A stretch of 64,000 nt of DNA from the human T2T-CHM13v2.0 reference genome, Homo sapiens. Shown here piece after piece: positions 1 to 19,576 of this stretch (the stretch's first letter is position 1; the number at the start of each line of letters is the position of its first letter). The stretch is from assembly GCF_009914755.1 (NCBI RefSeq), contig NC_060931.1. One strand, written 5' to 3'. The notes under the pieces are model-generated. The model worked only from the letters and a program-made list of their open reading frames with translations, did no database searches and had not been told where the DNA came from. Position numbers and translations under genes: made by a program.

Positions 1-199
1 AAAATATTTTAGAGGTCAATTTTGGACTCCCTTATCAATATATTAGTATATTCTTTCAAAGCGTCCTACTTTTTCAATGGATTTTTAAAGTTTACTCACT
101 CAAGGGTTATAGGATTTTAGAGGGAGAAATTACTTCTTTATTTTTACTAACCTCTAATTTTTATTCACTTCCAAAATTTAGAATTCTAAGAAAATATTA

Positions 200-568
200 A
201 GAATGTAAGCAACAAGCACAGTGGTATTGGTGGATACCTAAGTGTTTGTCACCAACAGAAATCACGGATATTTTCTTATCACATGCAGTTGTTGCAGATA
301 TCCCAAAATATCATTCACCCTCATCACTACTTCAAAATTACAGTAGTTATTAAATTCACTGCTAGATTTTATAATTTAAGTGAATTAAAAAGATGTTATA
401 AGATTACAAGTTTGGTTTATTTTTATTTCAATGCAATTGTTTATCTTTGTAATCCTATTTTGGTGTATTTTTATTTTATTCATTTAAAAACATTATTTGA
501 AAAAGAGTCCATGGATTACATCATAGTACCAAAGGGGACTATGGCACTGAAAAAGTTAAGAACCCCTG
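200..568. mobile_element. hAT-Charlie-type DNA transposon remnant, subfamily uncertain
   Basis: Ends ...atggcactgaaaaagttaagaacccctg, a typical Charlie terminal sequence. Confidence 0.5.
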
Positions 569-883
569 TTCTGTATGTGCCATTCACAGGAGACCACAGC
601 CCCAATTTGACTATATGCTCTATGAAAACAGGCACTGTATCTGTTTTTATAAACCAGAGCTACCACAAAACCTGAATGATGTTCGATAGTTGCTTAATTA
701 ATATTATATAATATAAAGCAAGCAGATAAATCTCATATATAGATACAAAGATTTATAAAAAGCACAGAGAAAAATAATATATTTAAAATGAACTCATATT
801 TACTAACTATGCAAGTAAACACTGACATTCATTATCGACTAGTTATCCAAAAAATATGCCTTCTCCCTCTATGCTTTAATCAA

Positions 884-1222
<339 letters not shown>

Positions 1223-2039
1223 TAACTCCAGAGAATGGCAATATTTTTCATGCTTGCTTCCTACTAAAACTACAGAAGAAAACATAGCTAAGAAATTGTG
1301 TAACCATGTCCCTCCCTTCTTTTGAAAGAAGTCTGCCTCCTGACAGTTATGTTTTCTGGATATATCTCATTGAATCTAGTGTATCCAATGTCATCAAAAT
1401 TGTACTGTAAAGCTAAAACATTAGCACTATATTAGAAAAAGCAAATTATTTATTAACACTATCTTTATTCACTAAACTACTTAAAATATTGACACTGATT
1501 AATAATATGAATATAGTTGCTGCTTTCACAGAACAATGTAAGCAACTAAAAGTAAATACACAAAAAAAGCACTAATTTTCTCTGAGAGTTAACACTTTTA
1601 CAGGTGACTTACTCTCTTTATAATTACCCACAGTTCCATAAATTTCTACAAATATACATTACTGTTATAATATTTAATGTGATTTTTTAATGCAAATTCA
1701 AAAAGCTTAAGAGTCCAATACTTGTCAAAAGCCAAAAAATATGCGGGCATTAATTTAAATAGTAATTGTTTAAGCAGGATAGACTGCTAATAAATGAAAA
1801 AAAATAGTAACTGTTGGAAGTCAACTGTTCTCTAGGTGTTTTATTTAGTTGTTATCAGTATTTCCTTTAGTTTTCCTACATAACTTTTAAATGTTAATGG
1901 AATTTTTTGCAATTAATAAAAGAAACTAAAATAAACCAACAAATTACAACATACATCTTTATAACAATTATTTCTACCAATATTGATCTTCTTCTGAAAT
2001 TTAACTTTATTTAGGCCTTAAAAACAAAAATGAACCAAT

Positions 2040-2232
2040 GAAACTGTCTTGGACCCTCTAGACCAGCCCAGGTGTCACCTGAATAGCAATAAATGACTCT
2101 GGTGGATGCCAGCAGAGCAGAACTGCCCAGCCAAGCCTGACCTAAATTCCTAACCCACAAGATCATGAAATATGTTTGCTTTTTAAGCCACTGTGTTCTG
2201 AAATGATTTGTTACGTGGCAATAAGAAGCTGA
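2040..2232 (+). mobile_element. MLT1-type (MaLR) LTR 3' fragment
   Basis: ctgcccagccaagcc...ttttaagccactgtgttctgaaatgatttgttac, the MLT1 3' end. Confidence 0.6.
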
Positions 2233-5098
2233 ATTTTTCATTTTAAACTTCAGTTTGAAAATTATGTATGGCTTATCAAAGACATATAGGTGTCTTTGCT
2301 TCACCATCTCTTCAACTAAACCATCGAAGCAGTCAGTATTTCAAACACTGACAGTAACTACAAAAGAAAAAAGCTCAGAGGGTTTTGCTCCAGTCCAGAA
2401 GTGACCCATATGATTTCCACCCACAATTCACTGGACACAGTCACATGGGCCTGTCAAGCAGGCTTGGAGCTGTGTAATTCCACCACATATCCAGAAGGGA
2501 GAGTGCCAGAACTATTTGACAGACAACACCAATATCTACCACCACAGTATATAATTTTAAATAATATACTAAAGTTAGGGAAAATTTTATCCAAAGAAAA
2601 ACCTGATACTTCAAAAAGAGAAGTGTCAATTACAAACTTTCATATCAAAAAAAGATAAGAAAGGACAGGTAAAGTTAAATTGTTAGGCCAATTAATGTAA
2701 TAAGAATCCAGGCTTTTTCTTTGTGCCAAATGTCACCATAATCTGTTGTGAATTAGCAGCTAGACTCAAAATGTACAAACAATAATTTGGGGTGTCCACT
2801 TTTTAAAATAATAATATCACTAAAGTTTCTATTCTTGTAAATAAAGGCATATGTAGGGTTTATACAAAGCTGTATACTTAAACCATATGCAAATAACCAA
2901 AAGGCGCTGAAGTAAAGTAACACGTGTATGGCTTTGGAACTCCAATTCCACCTGTCTCATCAAGTGTACTGACAAAGCAAAAGACCCCTATCTTGTCTAT
3001 GTCAATTAAATACTAACATCTGAAAACCACCACTAAATAAGAACCAATAGTCATTACATAAGCAACAGCTAAAAATTAACAAATAATTAGACCAGAAGAT
3101 AATCTAAGATTTTGATACATAACTCAAGGCAGTATGATAGACATCATTAGTGGAAATCCCTCAAAGGTTAGTCACAAATGGTAATCTTGATATTAAATCC
3201 GATAGTTTTACTATTTTAATAAGAATTATTATTTATGAGACATATTTATAATAATGGATAGGTATTAACTTAGTTATTGTTAACAATTATAATCCATTCC
3301 ACTATAGTTAGAACTGGCTTACCAAATTAGAAAAGGGATATAACTATAGTTAATACATGTAAAAAGCTAAACTGAAAAATCAACAACTCTTGCTAGAACC
3401 ATAAGGTCAATAAAGTCACAGGGCAAACAGGTACCCTCAGAACTGGAGGAATAGACATGAATCACAACTTACCTGAGCAGAAACCCATGGGTAAAAAGCT
3501 CCATGGGTACAAAAACCTGAACCATAATTGACAAAACGTTGGAGGTTCAGTGTGGACGAGTCTGGAAGATACAAACTACAGAGGGACCCAGTCATCGTGG
3601 GGCCCCACGGTTTTGTGTTTTACCTCTAGGAGCTCTACCAGTTTCTCACAGTGAACTTCACAGAAAAATATCTTCTTGCTTTCAACAGCAGGAGGGGAAA
3701 AGGAACCATTTCTCTTAACAAGGCCTGCCTTCAGGAGAAACTATTTAACTAGAGCCTAACCTACGAGAAGAGAAATAAACTCCAGCCAGTTCTAGCCTAA
3801 GAGAACTATCTAACTTTAGCCCATTCTAGGCCATTCTGCCCCACCTAAAAGCAGTGAAAGGGCAGGGTGGGGAGGAAGAGTAAAAAATTCAGACTTCCCC
3901 CTCCTCCTACAAGGCCCACCACATTACTACAGGCCTATTTACAGCTGTTGTCTTTACCCAGTGTACTACACCTGGCTATCGAGAAAAAAAATTACAAGGT
4001 ATACTAAAAAGCAAAAAACACAGTATAGAGCAACATCAGAACTAGACTTGGATGCAGGAAGGAATTTGAAATGATCAGATGAGGAATTGAAAGCAACTAT
4101 GATTAATATGCTAACGGTTCTAATGGATAAAGTAGACAGCATGCAAGAAGACGTGGGCAATGTAAGCAGAGAACTCGAAATTCTAGAGATTAAAATGATA
4201 GAGATTTTTTTAAAACTAACAGAAATGATGAATGCTTTTAGTGGGTCTATTAGTAGACCTCACACAGCTGAGGAAACAATCTCATTGCTTGAAGATATTT
4301 CAAAAGAAACTTCCAAACCTGAAAAGCAAAGAGAAAAAGACTGGGAAAAAAAAAAAAAAAAAGAACAGAATGTTTAATACAGAAAACTACAAAAAGGTAA
4401 CATGTAATGGAAATACCAAAAAGAGACAAAAGAGAGGAAGAAGAAGAAATATTCCTCAAATTAATCTCAGAAACCAAATGACAAAGAACATCAAAAAGGA
4501 TAAATGCCCAAACAAACTACACCTGGTCACATCATATTAAAAACCACAGAATACTGAAAAAACCTAAAAGAGGTCAGAGGGAAAAAAATACCTAAGGTAA
4601 CAATTACATCAACTCAGAAACCATGCAAGCAAGAAAAGAGGGAATGAAATATGTAACATGTTGAGAGAAAGAAAACATCAACCTAGAATTCTGTACCCTG
4701 CAAAATTATCCTTCAAAAGTGAAGGCTTTCTCAGGCAAACAAAAATTTAAGAATTTGTTGTCAGATGACCTACCTTGCAAGAAATGTTAAAAGTCCTTCA
4801 GAGAGAACAAGAACGGTACAGGTCAAAAACTTAGACCTATATCAAGAAAGGAAGAGCATCTCAGAAGGGGCAAGTGAAGATAAAATTTTAAAAAAAAACT
4901 TTTTTCTTATTAACTGATCTAATAGATAAGTTTGTTCAAAATAATATCTGCAACAATGTATTCAATTATGATTGCTTATGTATAAATACATATGCTTATG
5001 TATAACTGAAATGACTGACAGCAACAATACAAGGGATGCGAGGAAGGAATTAGGATTATTTTGTTCTTATAAAGTACTCACATTACAAGTGAAAATTA

Positions 5099-5450
5099 CA
5101 GTGGTGCCATCTTATCCATGGGGAATATATTCCAAGACCCCAGCGGATGCCTGAAACCAAATAACAGCAAACCCAATATATCCAGTATGCTTTTTCAATC
5201 ATACTAAGATGGCTACTAAGTGACTAACAGGCAGGTAGCATATACAGTATGGATGTGCTGGACCAAGAGATGATTCACATCTCAGGCTGAAAAGCACAAG
5301 ATTTCATTATGCTACTGAAAACAGCGTACAACTTAAAATTTATGAATTGTTTATTTCTGGAATTTCCCATTTAGTATTTTCAGACCACGGTTAACTGGAG
5401 GTAACCAAAACTGTGAAAAGCAAAACCACAGTTAAAGTGGGACACTACTG
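5099..5450. mobile_element. MER44 (Tigger7-derived MITE)
   Basis: Termini cagtggtgccatcttatcc and gttaaagtgggacactactg. Internal ttccaagaccccagcggatgcctgaaacc. Confidence 0.75.
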
Positions 5451-5600
5451 CACAGTGTTATTAGAAAGTAGACTTGGGTTTGTTGTAAACATATATTACA
5501 AACTCTAAGGCAACAACTCAAAAAAAAAAAGAGAGAACTGTGCTAAGAAAGAAGAGAAAACAGAATCATACAAATTGCTCAATTAAAACCACAAAAGGCA

Positions 5601-6715
<1,115 letters not shown>

Positions 6716-7506
6716 TAGAATAGATTTTTTAAAAAGAAAACCCAAGTACATATTGTCTACAAAAAAACCCCACTTTAACTATAATATAAAGATACATACG
6801 GATAAGAAATAAATGGATGGAGAAAGATATTCCAGGCTAAAAATAATCAAAAGAAAGCAGGAGTAGCTATATTAATTTCAGACAGCTCAGATGTCAAAGT
6901 TATCAGGAATAAAGAAAGGCATTTTATAATGATAAAGGGGTTAATTCCCAAGACATCAGTGTGTCTAAACAGAACATCAAAATATGTGAAGCAAAAAAAT
7001 GATACAATCTCAAGGAGTAAGAGATGAACCCACTATTATCGTTGGAAAGTTTAACACCCCTCTCAGAAATAGATCTGGCGTGCAGAAAATCAACAAAGAC
7101 ATAGTTGAATCTGACACCGTTAATCAACTGGAAATAACTGACATCTAAAGACTACTTCATCAACAATAGCAGAATACACATGCTTCTCATCCACATGGGA
7201 CACTTACAAGGTAGACCACATTCTGAGCCATAAAACATACCTTAACAGATTTTTAAAAATAGAAATCATACAATGTCTGCTCTCAGATCACGTCAGAATT
7301 CAACTAGAATTCGGTAACAGAAAGATAGCTTAAAATCCCAAAATACTGAGACATTAAACAATACACTTCTAAATAACACATAGGTCAAAGAAGAAATCTC
7401 AAGAGAAATTGAAAAATATTTTAAACTAAATGAAAATAAAAAGAAAATTTGTGAGATGCAGTGAAAGCAGTGCTTAGAGGAAAAGTTATGGCATTTAACA
7501 CATATA

Positions 7507-8853
<1,347 letters not shown>

Positions 8854-9190
8854 TTTCAGAAAGGAGGGAAAATCTACACTCAGTAATATCAAAAATGAAA
8901 AATGGGACATCACTACAGATCCCATGGAATCTTAAATATTCAAGAAATACTATTAACAACTGTATGCCCACAAATTTGATAACCTAGATGAAATGGACCA
9001 ATTACTTAAAAGACACAATATGCTCAAGCTTACACAAGAAGAAATAATCTGAATACGTCTATACCTATTAAAACAAATTGAATCAAAAATTAATAAACTT
9101 CGAATATTGAACACACCCAGTTTGGTTCATTGCTGAATTCTACCAAACATTTAAGGAAGAAATTATACCATTTCTCTATACTCTCTTTCA

Positions 9191-11186
<1,996 letters not shown>

Positions 11187-11258
11187 TTATGCTAGAAGTA
11201 ACTGAATGTATCGATGTGAACTCACATTTGTAAGTGTGTGTATAGATCTATGTAATTA

Positions 11259-12409
11259 CAGTCCTCTCAGAACAGGGATATGTTCTGAAATATTCATCAT
11301 TAGGCAATTTTGTCACTGTTACACAAACCTAGATGGTATAGCCTACTAAAAACCTAGGCTATTTGGTACAGCCTAGTACTCTAGGCTACAAACCTGTACA
11401 GCATGTTACTGTACGCAACTATAACACAACAGTCAAGTATTTGTGTATCTAAATATATGTAAACATAGAAACAATGGTAAGAATACAGTGTAAAAACACA
11501 AAAAATGGTACACCTACATAGAGCACTTACCATGAATGGTGCTTGTGGGACTAGAAGTTGCTCTGGGTGAATCACTGAGTGAATGTAAAGGCCTCAAACA
11601 TTACTATGCACTAAAGTAGGCTTTATAAACACTGTACACTTAGGCTACACCAAATTTTTAAAATATTATTTTTCTTTGCTCAGTAATAAATTAACCTTAG
11701 CTTACTGTAACATTTTTACTTTATAAACTTTTTTTAAACTTTTTGACACTTTTGTAATAACACAGCTTAAAACACACACTGTACAGCTATACAAAAAAAA
11801 TCTTCCTTTCTACCCTTATTCTGTAAGTTTTTTGGTTTTAGGGTTTTTCTTTTTTGTTTCTCTGTTTTTGTTTTAAACTTAGCCCAGGCCTACACGAAGT
11901 CGGGATCGTCACTATCACTGTCTTTCCACCTCCACATTTTGCCCTGCTGGAAGGTCTTCAGCGACAATAACACACAAGGAGCTGTCATTTCGTATGATAA
12001 CAATGCCTTCTTCTGATATAGCTCCTGAAGGTTCTGCCTGAGGCTGTTTTACAGCTTTTTTGCTTAAGAAAAGGGGTACACTCCAAAATAATGATAAAAA
12101 GTATAGTATAGTAAATATATAAACCAGTAACACAGTCACTTATTATCAAGAGTTATGTACTGTGCAAGAGTGTATGTAGTGTACTTTTGTATAGTACATG
12201 TAATTGGGAGTACACTGGGTTTGTTTACACCAGCATCACCACAAACATGTGAGTAATGCACTATGTTGCGCTGTGCTATGACATCACGACAGCTATGACA
12301 TCATGACAGCTATGACATATTGAGGTGACAGAAATTTCTCCGCTCCATTATAATTTTATGGGACTACTGTCATATATGTGATCTGCTGTCATTATGCAGT
12401 GCATGACTG
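11259..12409. mobile_element. Tigger3b (MER7-type) DNA transposon
   Basis: acacaaacctagatggtatagcctac, ctaggctacaaacctgtacagcatgttactg and the terminal tgcagtgcatgactg|ta. Confidence 0.8.
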
Positions 12410-12479
12410 TACTAGTATATGACTAAAGTGGACTCACATAACTAATTCTCAACAGTAACAATTGTAATATGCATCCCTT

Positions 12480-13587
12480 TGTTGTGGGAAGTCAGGGACC
12501 CCAAACTGAGGGACCGGCTGAAGCCATGGTGGAAGAAATAAATTGTGAAGATTTCACAGACATTTATTAGAGCCCCAAAATAATACTTTTATAATTTCTT
12601 ACGCCTGTCTTTACTGTAATCTCTGAACATAAATTGTGAAGATTTCATGGGCACTTATCACTTCCCCAATCAATACCCTTGTGATTTCCTATGCCTGTCT
12701 TTACTTTAATCTCTTAATCCCGTCATTTTCATAAGCTGAGGAGGATGTATGTCGCCTCAGGACCCTGTGATGATTGCATTAACTGCACAAATTGTTTGCA
12801 GAGCATGTGTGTTTGAACTATATGAAATCTGAGCACCTTGAAAAAAGAACAGGATAACAGCAATGTTCAGGGAACAAGAGAGACAACCTTGAACTCTGAC
12901 CGCTGGTGAGCCGGGCAGAACAGAGCCACATTTCTCTTCTTTCAAAAGCAAATGGAAGAAATATCGCTGAATTCTTTTTCTCAGCAAGGAACATCCCTAA
13001 GAAAGCAAATGCATCCCTGAGGGTGGGCCTCTAAAATGGCCCCCTTGGGTGCGGCTGTCTTTTATGGTCGAGCTGTAGGGATGAAATAAGTCCCAGTCTC
13101 CCGTAGCGCTCCCAGGCTTATTAGGAAGAGGATATCCCCGCCTAATAAATTTTTGGTCAGACCAGTTGTCTGCTCTCAAACTGTCTCCTGATAAGATGTT
13201 ATCAATTACAATGCGTGCCCGAAACTTCATTACCAATTTTAATTTCGCCCTGGTCCTGTGGTCCTGTGATCTCGCCCTGCCTTCATTTGCCTTGTGATAT
13301 TCTATTACCTTGTGAAGCACGTGATCTCTGTGACCCACACCCTATTCATATACTCCCTCCCCTTTGAAAATCACTAATAAAAACTTGCTGGTTTTGCGGC
13401 CTGTGGGGCATCACGGAACCTACCAACATGTGATGTCTCCCCCGGATGCCCAGCTTTAAAATTTCTCTCCTTTGTACTCTGTCCCTCTATTTCTCAAACC
13501 AGCCGAAGCTTAGGGAAAATAGAAAAGAACCTACGTGAATTATCGGGGGTGAATTTTGCCCAATATCTGGCTGAATTTCCCCCGATA
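12480..13587 (+). mobile_element. MER11 solo LTR (HERV-K HML-8 / HERVK11), 1108 bp
   Basis: Starts tgttgtgggaagtcagggacccc and ends gaatttcccccgata. Exact 6-bp TSD tccctt at 12474-12479 and 13588-13593. LTR poly(A) signal near 13376. Confidence 0.92.
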
Positions 13588-14037
13588 TCCCTTGAGCCTA
13601 AATTTTTGTCCCTAATACTATTCTCCACTAAAAAACTAGAAGTCCTTAGAGAATAGCTGATTTCATACCTTGTGGCAGGGAGAATTTTAAATGGGCCTGA
13701 AAAATAAAACTTTTGCCAAAGAGCACAGAGCTCTGAAAGGTTTTGAGATGTTATTTAAAAGGACTCAGAAGCCAGCTGACAAGGGGCTCCCATGAGCCAA
13801 ACTATGACAACTTGAACACTAGGAGAAAAATGTTTAATTATAACTAACTGAATTATAATTAGCTAATTATAGTTAATGAAAACAAGTTTGCAAAGACCTG
13901 ATTATGTGATTCTCAAGAAAAAAAAAGTTTCTCTTCTCTTCAAGTAACTAGCACTTCACTCAAGTTGATTTTATTCATATAAAAAAAATGCGCAGAGACT
14001 GGTAACAGCCACCACCAACAAAAGATCAAATTTTCTC

Positions 14038-14693
14038 AGCTGGGTGTGGTGGCTCATGCCCGTAATCCCACCACTTTGGGATGCCAAGGCAGGTGGATCA
14101 CGAGGTCAGGAGTTCAAGACCAGCCTGGCAAAGATGGTGAAACCCAGTCTGCACTAAAAATACAAAAAAATTAGCCAGGCATGGTGGCAGGCACCTATAA
14201 TCCCAGCTACTCGGGAGGCTGAGGCAGAGAATTGCTTGAACCCGGGAGGCAGAGGTTGCAGTGAGCTGAGATAAAGATGAAATTTTCTTAACATAAAATA
14301 TTACCAAATGAGGTTTCTTATTACTTTCCCAATGGCTACTCCTAGATTACTCATTCCCATCCACCCACCATGGTAGGAGACTCATTAGCATTCTTTTCTT
14401 TTTTCTGAGACAGGATCTCACTCTGTTACCCAGACTGGTGAACAGTGGTGCGACTGATTACAGGTCACTGCAACTGGTGTCTCCCGGGCTCAAGCGATCC
14501 TCCCACCTCAGCCTCCTGAGTAGCTAGGACTACAGGTGCACACCATCACACCCAACTAATTTTTGTATTTTTTTGTAGAGACGGGTTTTTGCCATGTTGC
14601 CCAGGCTGGTCTCCAACTCCTGAGCTCAAGCAATCCACCCACCTAGGCCTCCCAAAGGTCTAGGGTTATAGGTGTGAGCCACCACGCCCAGCG
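14038..14693. mobile_element. 3'-truncated AluS (+, 14038-14272) and AluJ (-, 14393-14693)
   Basis: Alu motifs. The first copy has no A tail. Confidence 0.85.
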
Positions 14694-15269
14694 TAATACC
14701 CTTATATTACTACAAAACATTAAGTAAGCATGTCAAGGCACAGGATTTACAGGAACAAGAGAACCTTCAAATAAACCCTGGGGTCTTGAGACATACATAT
14801 GTTAAAACCTTGCAGCAAACTTGAATGTGCTTTTAAATGAACTAGAAATTTATGGAACAAACTCTGTCTGGATTTGCAGGTTTAGTGGTTATAACAGTTA
14901 TTCTTTCTTTCACTGTTCTCCTTGCCCTATGTTCACTATGTTCCCTAAAAGAAGTGGACAATGGACTTTCCAAGGACAAAGACAAAACAAAGACTAATAT
15001 ACACTTGGCTTTATTAACTTTAGTAAAGCCAGGTTAAAAAAAATAGTTTTCTGCTCCTATTAAAACATTTATCTAAACTGTATTTGCCTTGACCTCTCAT
15101 AGGAGACAGCATGAGAAGACAGTCCATTCGTGGGGCTTACTACTCTCCAGTAAGGAAAAAAAAATGCCAGGAATTTAGTTTTGTTGTAATGTTGTAATGT
15201 TCCAAGAATGGTAGGTAGCTTAGAAAACATAAAGAAAATTCAAGAACACAATACTGCTTCACTTAGTGA

Positions 15270-17170
15270 ATCCAATTCCTCCTATATCCCTAGAAGTATT
15301 CTTGGCACTGGGGATAAATAAGGTAACAAGACAAATCCCCTGACTTCATAAAGCTTACATTCTAGTGTGGAAAGCATACAATAAGCCAATATGAAATTAA
15401 ATGTCCTATCTGTTACGTACTAGGAGAAAAATAAAGCAGGAGAAGACAAAGTGACAAGTGTTACTTTTTAGACAAGTTTGTCAGGAAAGGTCTCTGGGAA
15501 AACTGTAACTGAGTAGAGACTTGACTGAAGTAAGGGAATAAGCTGTATGAATATCTGAGAAAAAATTTTTCCAAGCAAAGAAGACAAAAAGTGCAAATGC
15601 CTGAGAAAGGAGTATGTTTGGTGGGCTCCTGGAAAAGCCAGGAGGCCAGTAAGGATGGAGCCCAGTGAACAAGGGAACATAAGATACGGTTATACAAGTA
15701 GCCAAAGTCAGATCAATGGAGCCTGAAAACAATGGTACTGCATGAACTTTGAATTTTATTCTAAATATCACTGGAGTCTTTGGATGGTTGACAGAGGGAA
15801 GTAAAAGGCTCTCACTTTGAATTTGGAAGGATCACTCTGGCTACTATGTGTGGGACAAGAGTAGAATGGAATGAAAAGGAAAAAGACCAGTTAGGAAGCT
15901 ATTGCAGCAGTCCAGTGGAATGGTAGTGTGAAGTTCTGGAATAATAGCAGTGGAGGGGTCAAAGTAATTGAATCCAGGATATACTGGGTAGGTAAAGCCC
16001 TCCAGTGGGCTGGATGTCTAAAATGTGAAAATGTGAAATGTGAATGTCTAAAATGTGAATGTATAAAATGTAAAATGTGAAAATGTGAAATCAAGAAAGA
16101 CTCCATCTTTTTAAGCCTGAACAATATACAGTGGCAATATACCAGAGGTGGTAACACTGGAAGAGAGGGTTTCAGGATAACAACAAAAATTTCCAGAGAG
16201 GACACACTAAATATGAGATCCTCTTCAGACATCTAAGAAGAGATGTTAAGAAACAAGCTGAAAGATACAGGTTGTGTTCAAAGCAAGAAAGAGCTGGTGA
16301 CGTAATTTTAGAGTCATTAGCATTTAGATAACATAATAATAGCACAAAAATAGATAATAAGCCATTAAACTGAATAAGACCACCTAATACATAAGAAGAT
16401 GAGCGAAGAGAATGAGAAAAAACCAGTGAAGGAGTAGGAAAAAACAAAAAAACAAACAAACAAACAAAAAAAAACCAAGACAATGCAGTGACCTGAAAGT
16501 CAAGTTTTAAAAAAAAGTTTCACTCCTGAGAGTGGTTAGCTGTGTGAAATGATCCTGAAAGGTTAAGGAGGATGAAGACTAAAAGCTGGTCTGGGCAATA
16601 TGAGATCATTACATTGACAAGAATAATTTTAGTAGAATGGGAGGAAGAAAGCTTCATTAGAGTGGGTTCATGAGAAAATGGTGAAAAATAAGTAGTAATC
16701 ATAGGTATAAATAACTCAAGGATTTTTGCTATGATGGAGCAAAGAAGCTGTATAGTACCTAAAAGGGGATGTTGGATCAAGAGAGGCTATTTGTGTTGAA
16801 AGGGGGTGATTCTGCAGCACCCCCCTTATGCTAATGAAATCAATGAGATGGAAAAGTTATTGATGCAGAAAAGCAAGGACAACTGCAGAACCAAAGTCCG
16901 TAATACATGAGAGGGGACACAATGGAAGACACAAGCAGAGGAGCTGGCTTTATCCGCAGTCTTTATCCCATTTTACCAGGACAGAAACAACATACGGGTA
17001 GGGATGCAAGCAAGAAAATAGATTTGATGGTAGATGAATATGGAACTTCTTTTCTAATTGTTCTCTATTTTTTATTTTTTCACTGAAATAAGCAAGATCA
17101 TCACTAAAGAATCAAAAATGAGAAGGGGTGTTGGAAGTTTCAGGAGAAAAGAAAAGGTGGTGAAATAATC
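15270..17170 (-). mobile_element. L2 remnant
   Basis: ggcactggggata...gcttacattctagt, gcaaatgcctgag and aggatcactctggctact are typical L2 antisense motifs. Confidence 0.65.
16020..16090. repeat. Degenerate (aaaatgtg)n tandem repeat
   Basis: aaaatgtgaaaatgtgaaatgtgaatgtctaaaatgtg... Confidence 0.85.
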
Positions 17171-17177
17171 ATCTTCA

Positions 17178-18460
<1,283 letters not shown>

Positions 18461-19487
18461 CACTAAAGCTTCAAAAAGACTTTTCAGTAGTAAAAGTAAC
18501 AATATATAGTACAGAAAAAAAAACCATATGAAAAAGAATTAACAGTTTAAAGTAATACAGTAATTCATGAATGTGCACAAAAGGGTGAAATTTAGTATTC
18601 TGAGCTTCCAAGAGTAATACTCTAACTAGACCTTATTGGAAAGAAACTATAGATTATTTGAAGGCTTTCCAAGAATTATACCTATATAATAGCAACACAT
18701 CTGACAACTGTAAGGATTTCTGGAAAAATGTATTTTAAAATCTATAACAATTTTTAATTTTTCTCATCTCTTAACTGCATGATATTCTGTAAGCATCAAG
18801 ATGATATTCAACTTCAGAGAAAAAGCCTATCACTGTGTCTAAACTTTATCTAACAACTATTGAAAACTTTACCAATGAGAGACTATCTCCTACAGGTATC
18901 CTCTCAATACAATATGAATCCTAGTCCCTTTGATAACTTACCACTGACCTGAAAATTTTGGAAACTGCTTTGGGCAACCAACTCTAGCTACCTTTTGCAG
19001 ATGCACAACATACAGCAGCTTATTTAAGGGCACCTAAAAGTCCAACAGACCAGAAACTATTTGGTCTAGTTTGGCCTAGCCTTTCACAATATTAATTCCA
19101 TAACGAAACATACTACTTTTTTCAGAACACATATTAACAAAATAAGCTTTAAACAAACACTAGATGGTTCATAGGCCAGAATATACTATGAGCGATTATA
19201 CTAACAGCCTGGATTACTGTTTCTCCCAGTCTTTATTTCCTTGATAAAACATTTATCTTCAGATATAAAATAATTATACTAAACCAGGGCTTAGGGAAAA
19301 AAGAGAGATAGAGGGCTCAGTTTTTTCACTTTGTCATTAGTTATCAAAACAAGGCAGATGGGAAACTTAGAGTTCAGTATAAAAACAAATGCTTAACACA
19401 GAATATTGTTATACAAATGCTACATGCAGTGTACAAACATATGCAAAGCATCATTATACATTCTTATAAATTCTTGAGTTCTGATAC

Positions 19488-19576
19488 CTGTTTCCACAAT
19501 CGTTTCTGTTTCTGTTGTCTCCAGCCCATCCATGCTGTCCTCATCTTCCACTGCAGTTTTCCCCCTACTTCGAGGT
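19488..19576 (-). CDS. KMT2C: KMT2C (MLL3) coding exon 2, 89 bp, phase 2 to phase 1
   Basis: The minus strand reads ttttttctgtag|A CCT CGA AGT AGG GGG AAA ACT GCA GTG GAA GAT...GAA ACA G|gtatcag, i.e. (K)PRSRGKTAVEDEDSMDGLETTETETIVET(E). This matches the KMT2C N-terminus from memory. It has a canonical AG with a long T tract and a GT donor. Confidence 0.96.

Noticed and set aside
283-675. 130-aa ORF
   Set aside because: Overlaps a DNA transposon remnant, is AT-rich and has no recognisable homology.
4087-4377. 96-aa coiled-coil ORF
   Set aside because: A decayed L1 ORF1 remnant.
19488-19576. The exon belonging to a BAGE-type KMT2C duplicate
   Set aside because: It matches KMT2C with intact splice sites. 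As I recall, the duplicated fragments involve more internal exons. Not fully excludable without alignment.
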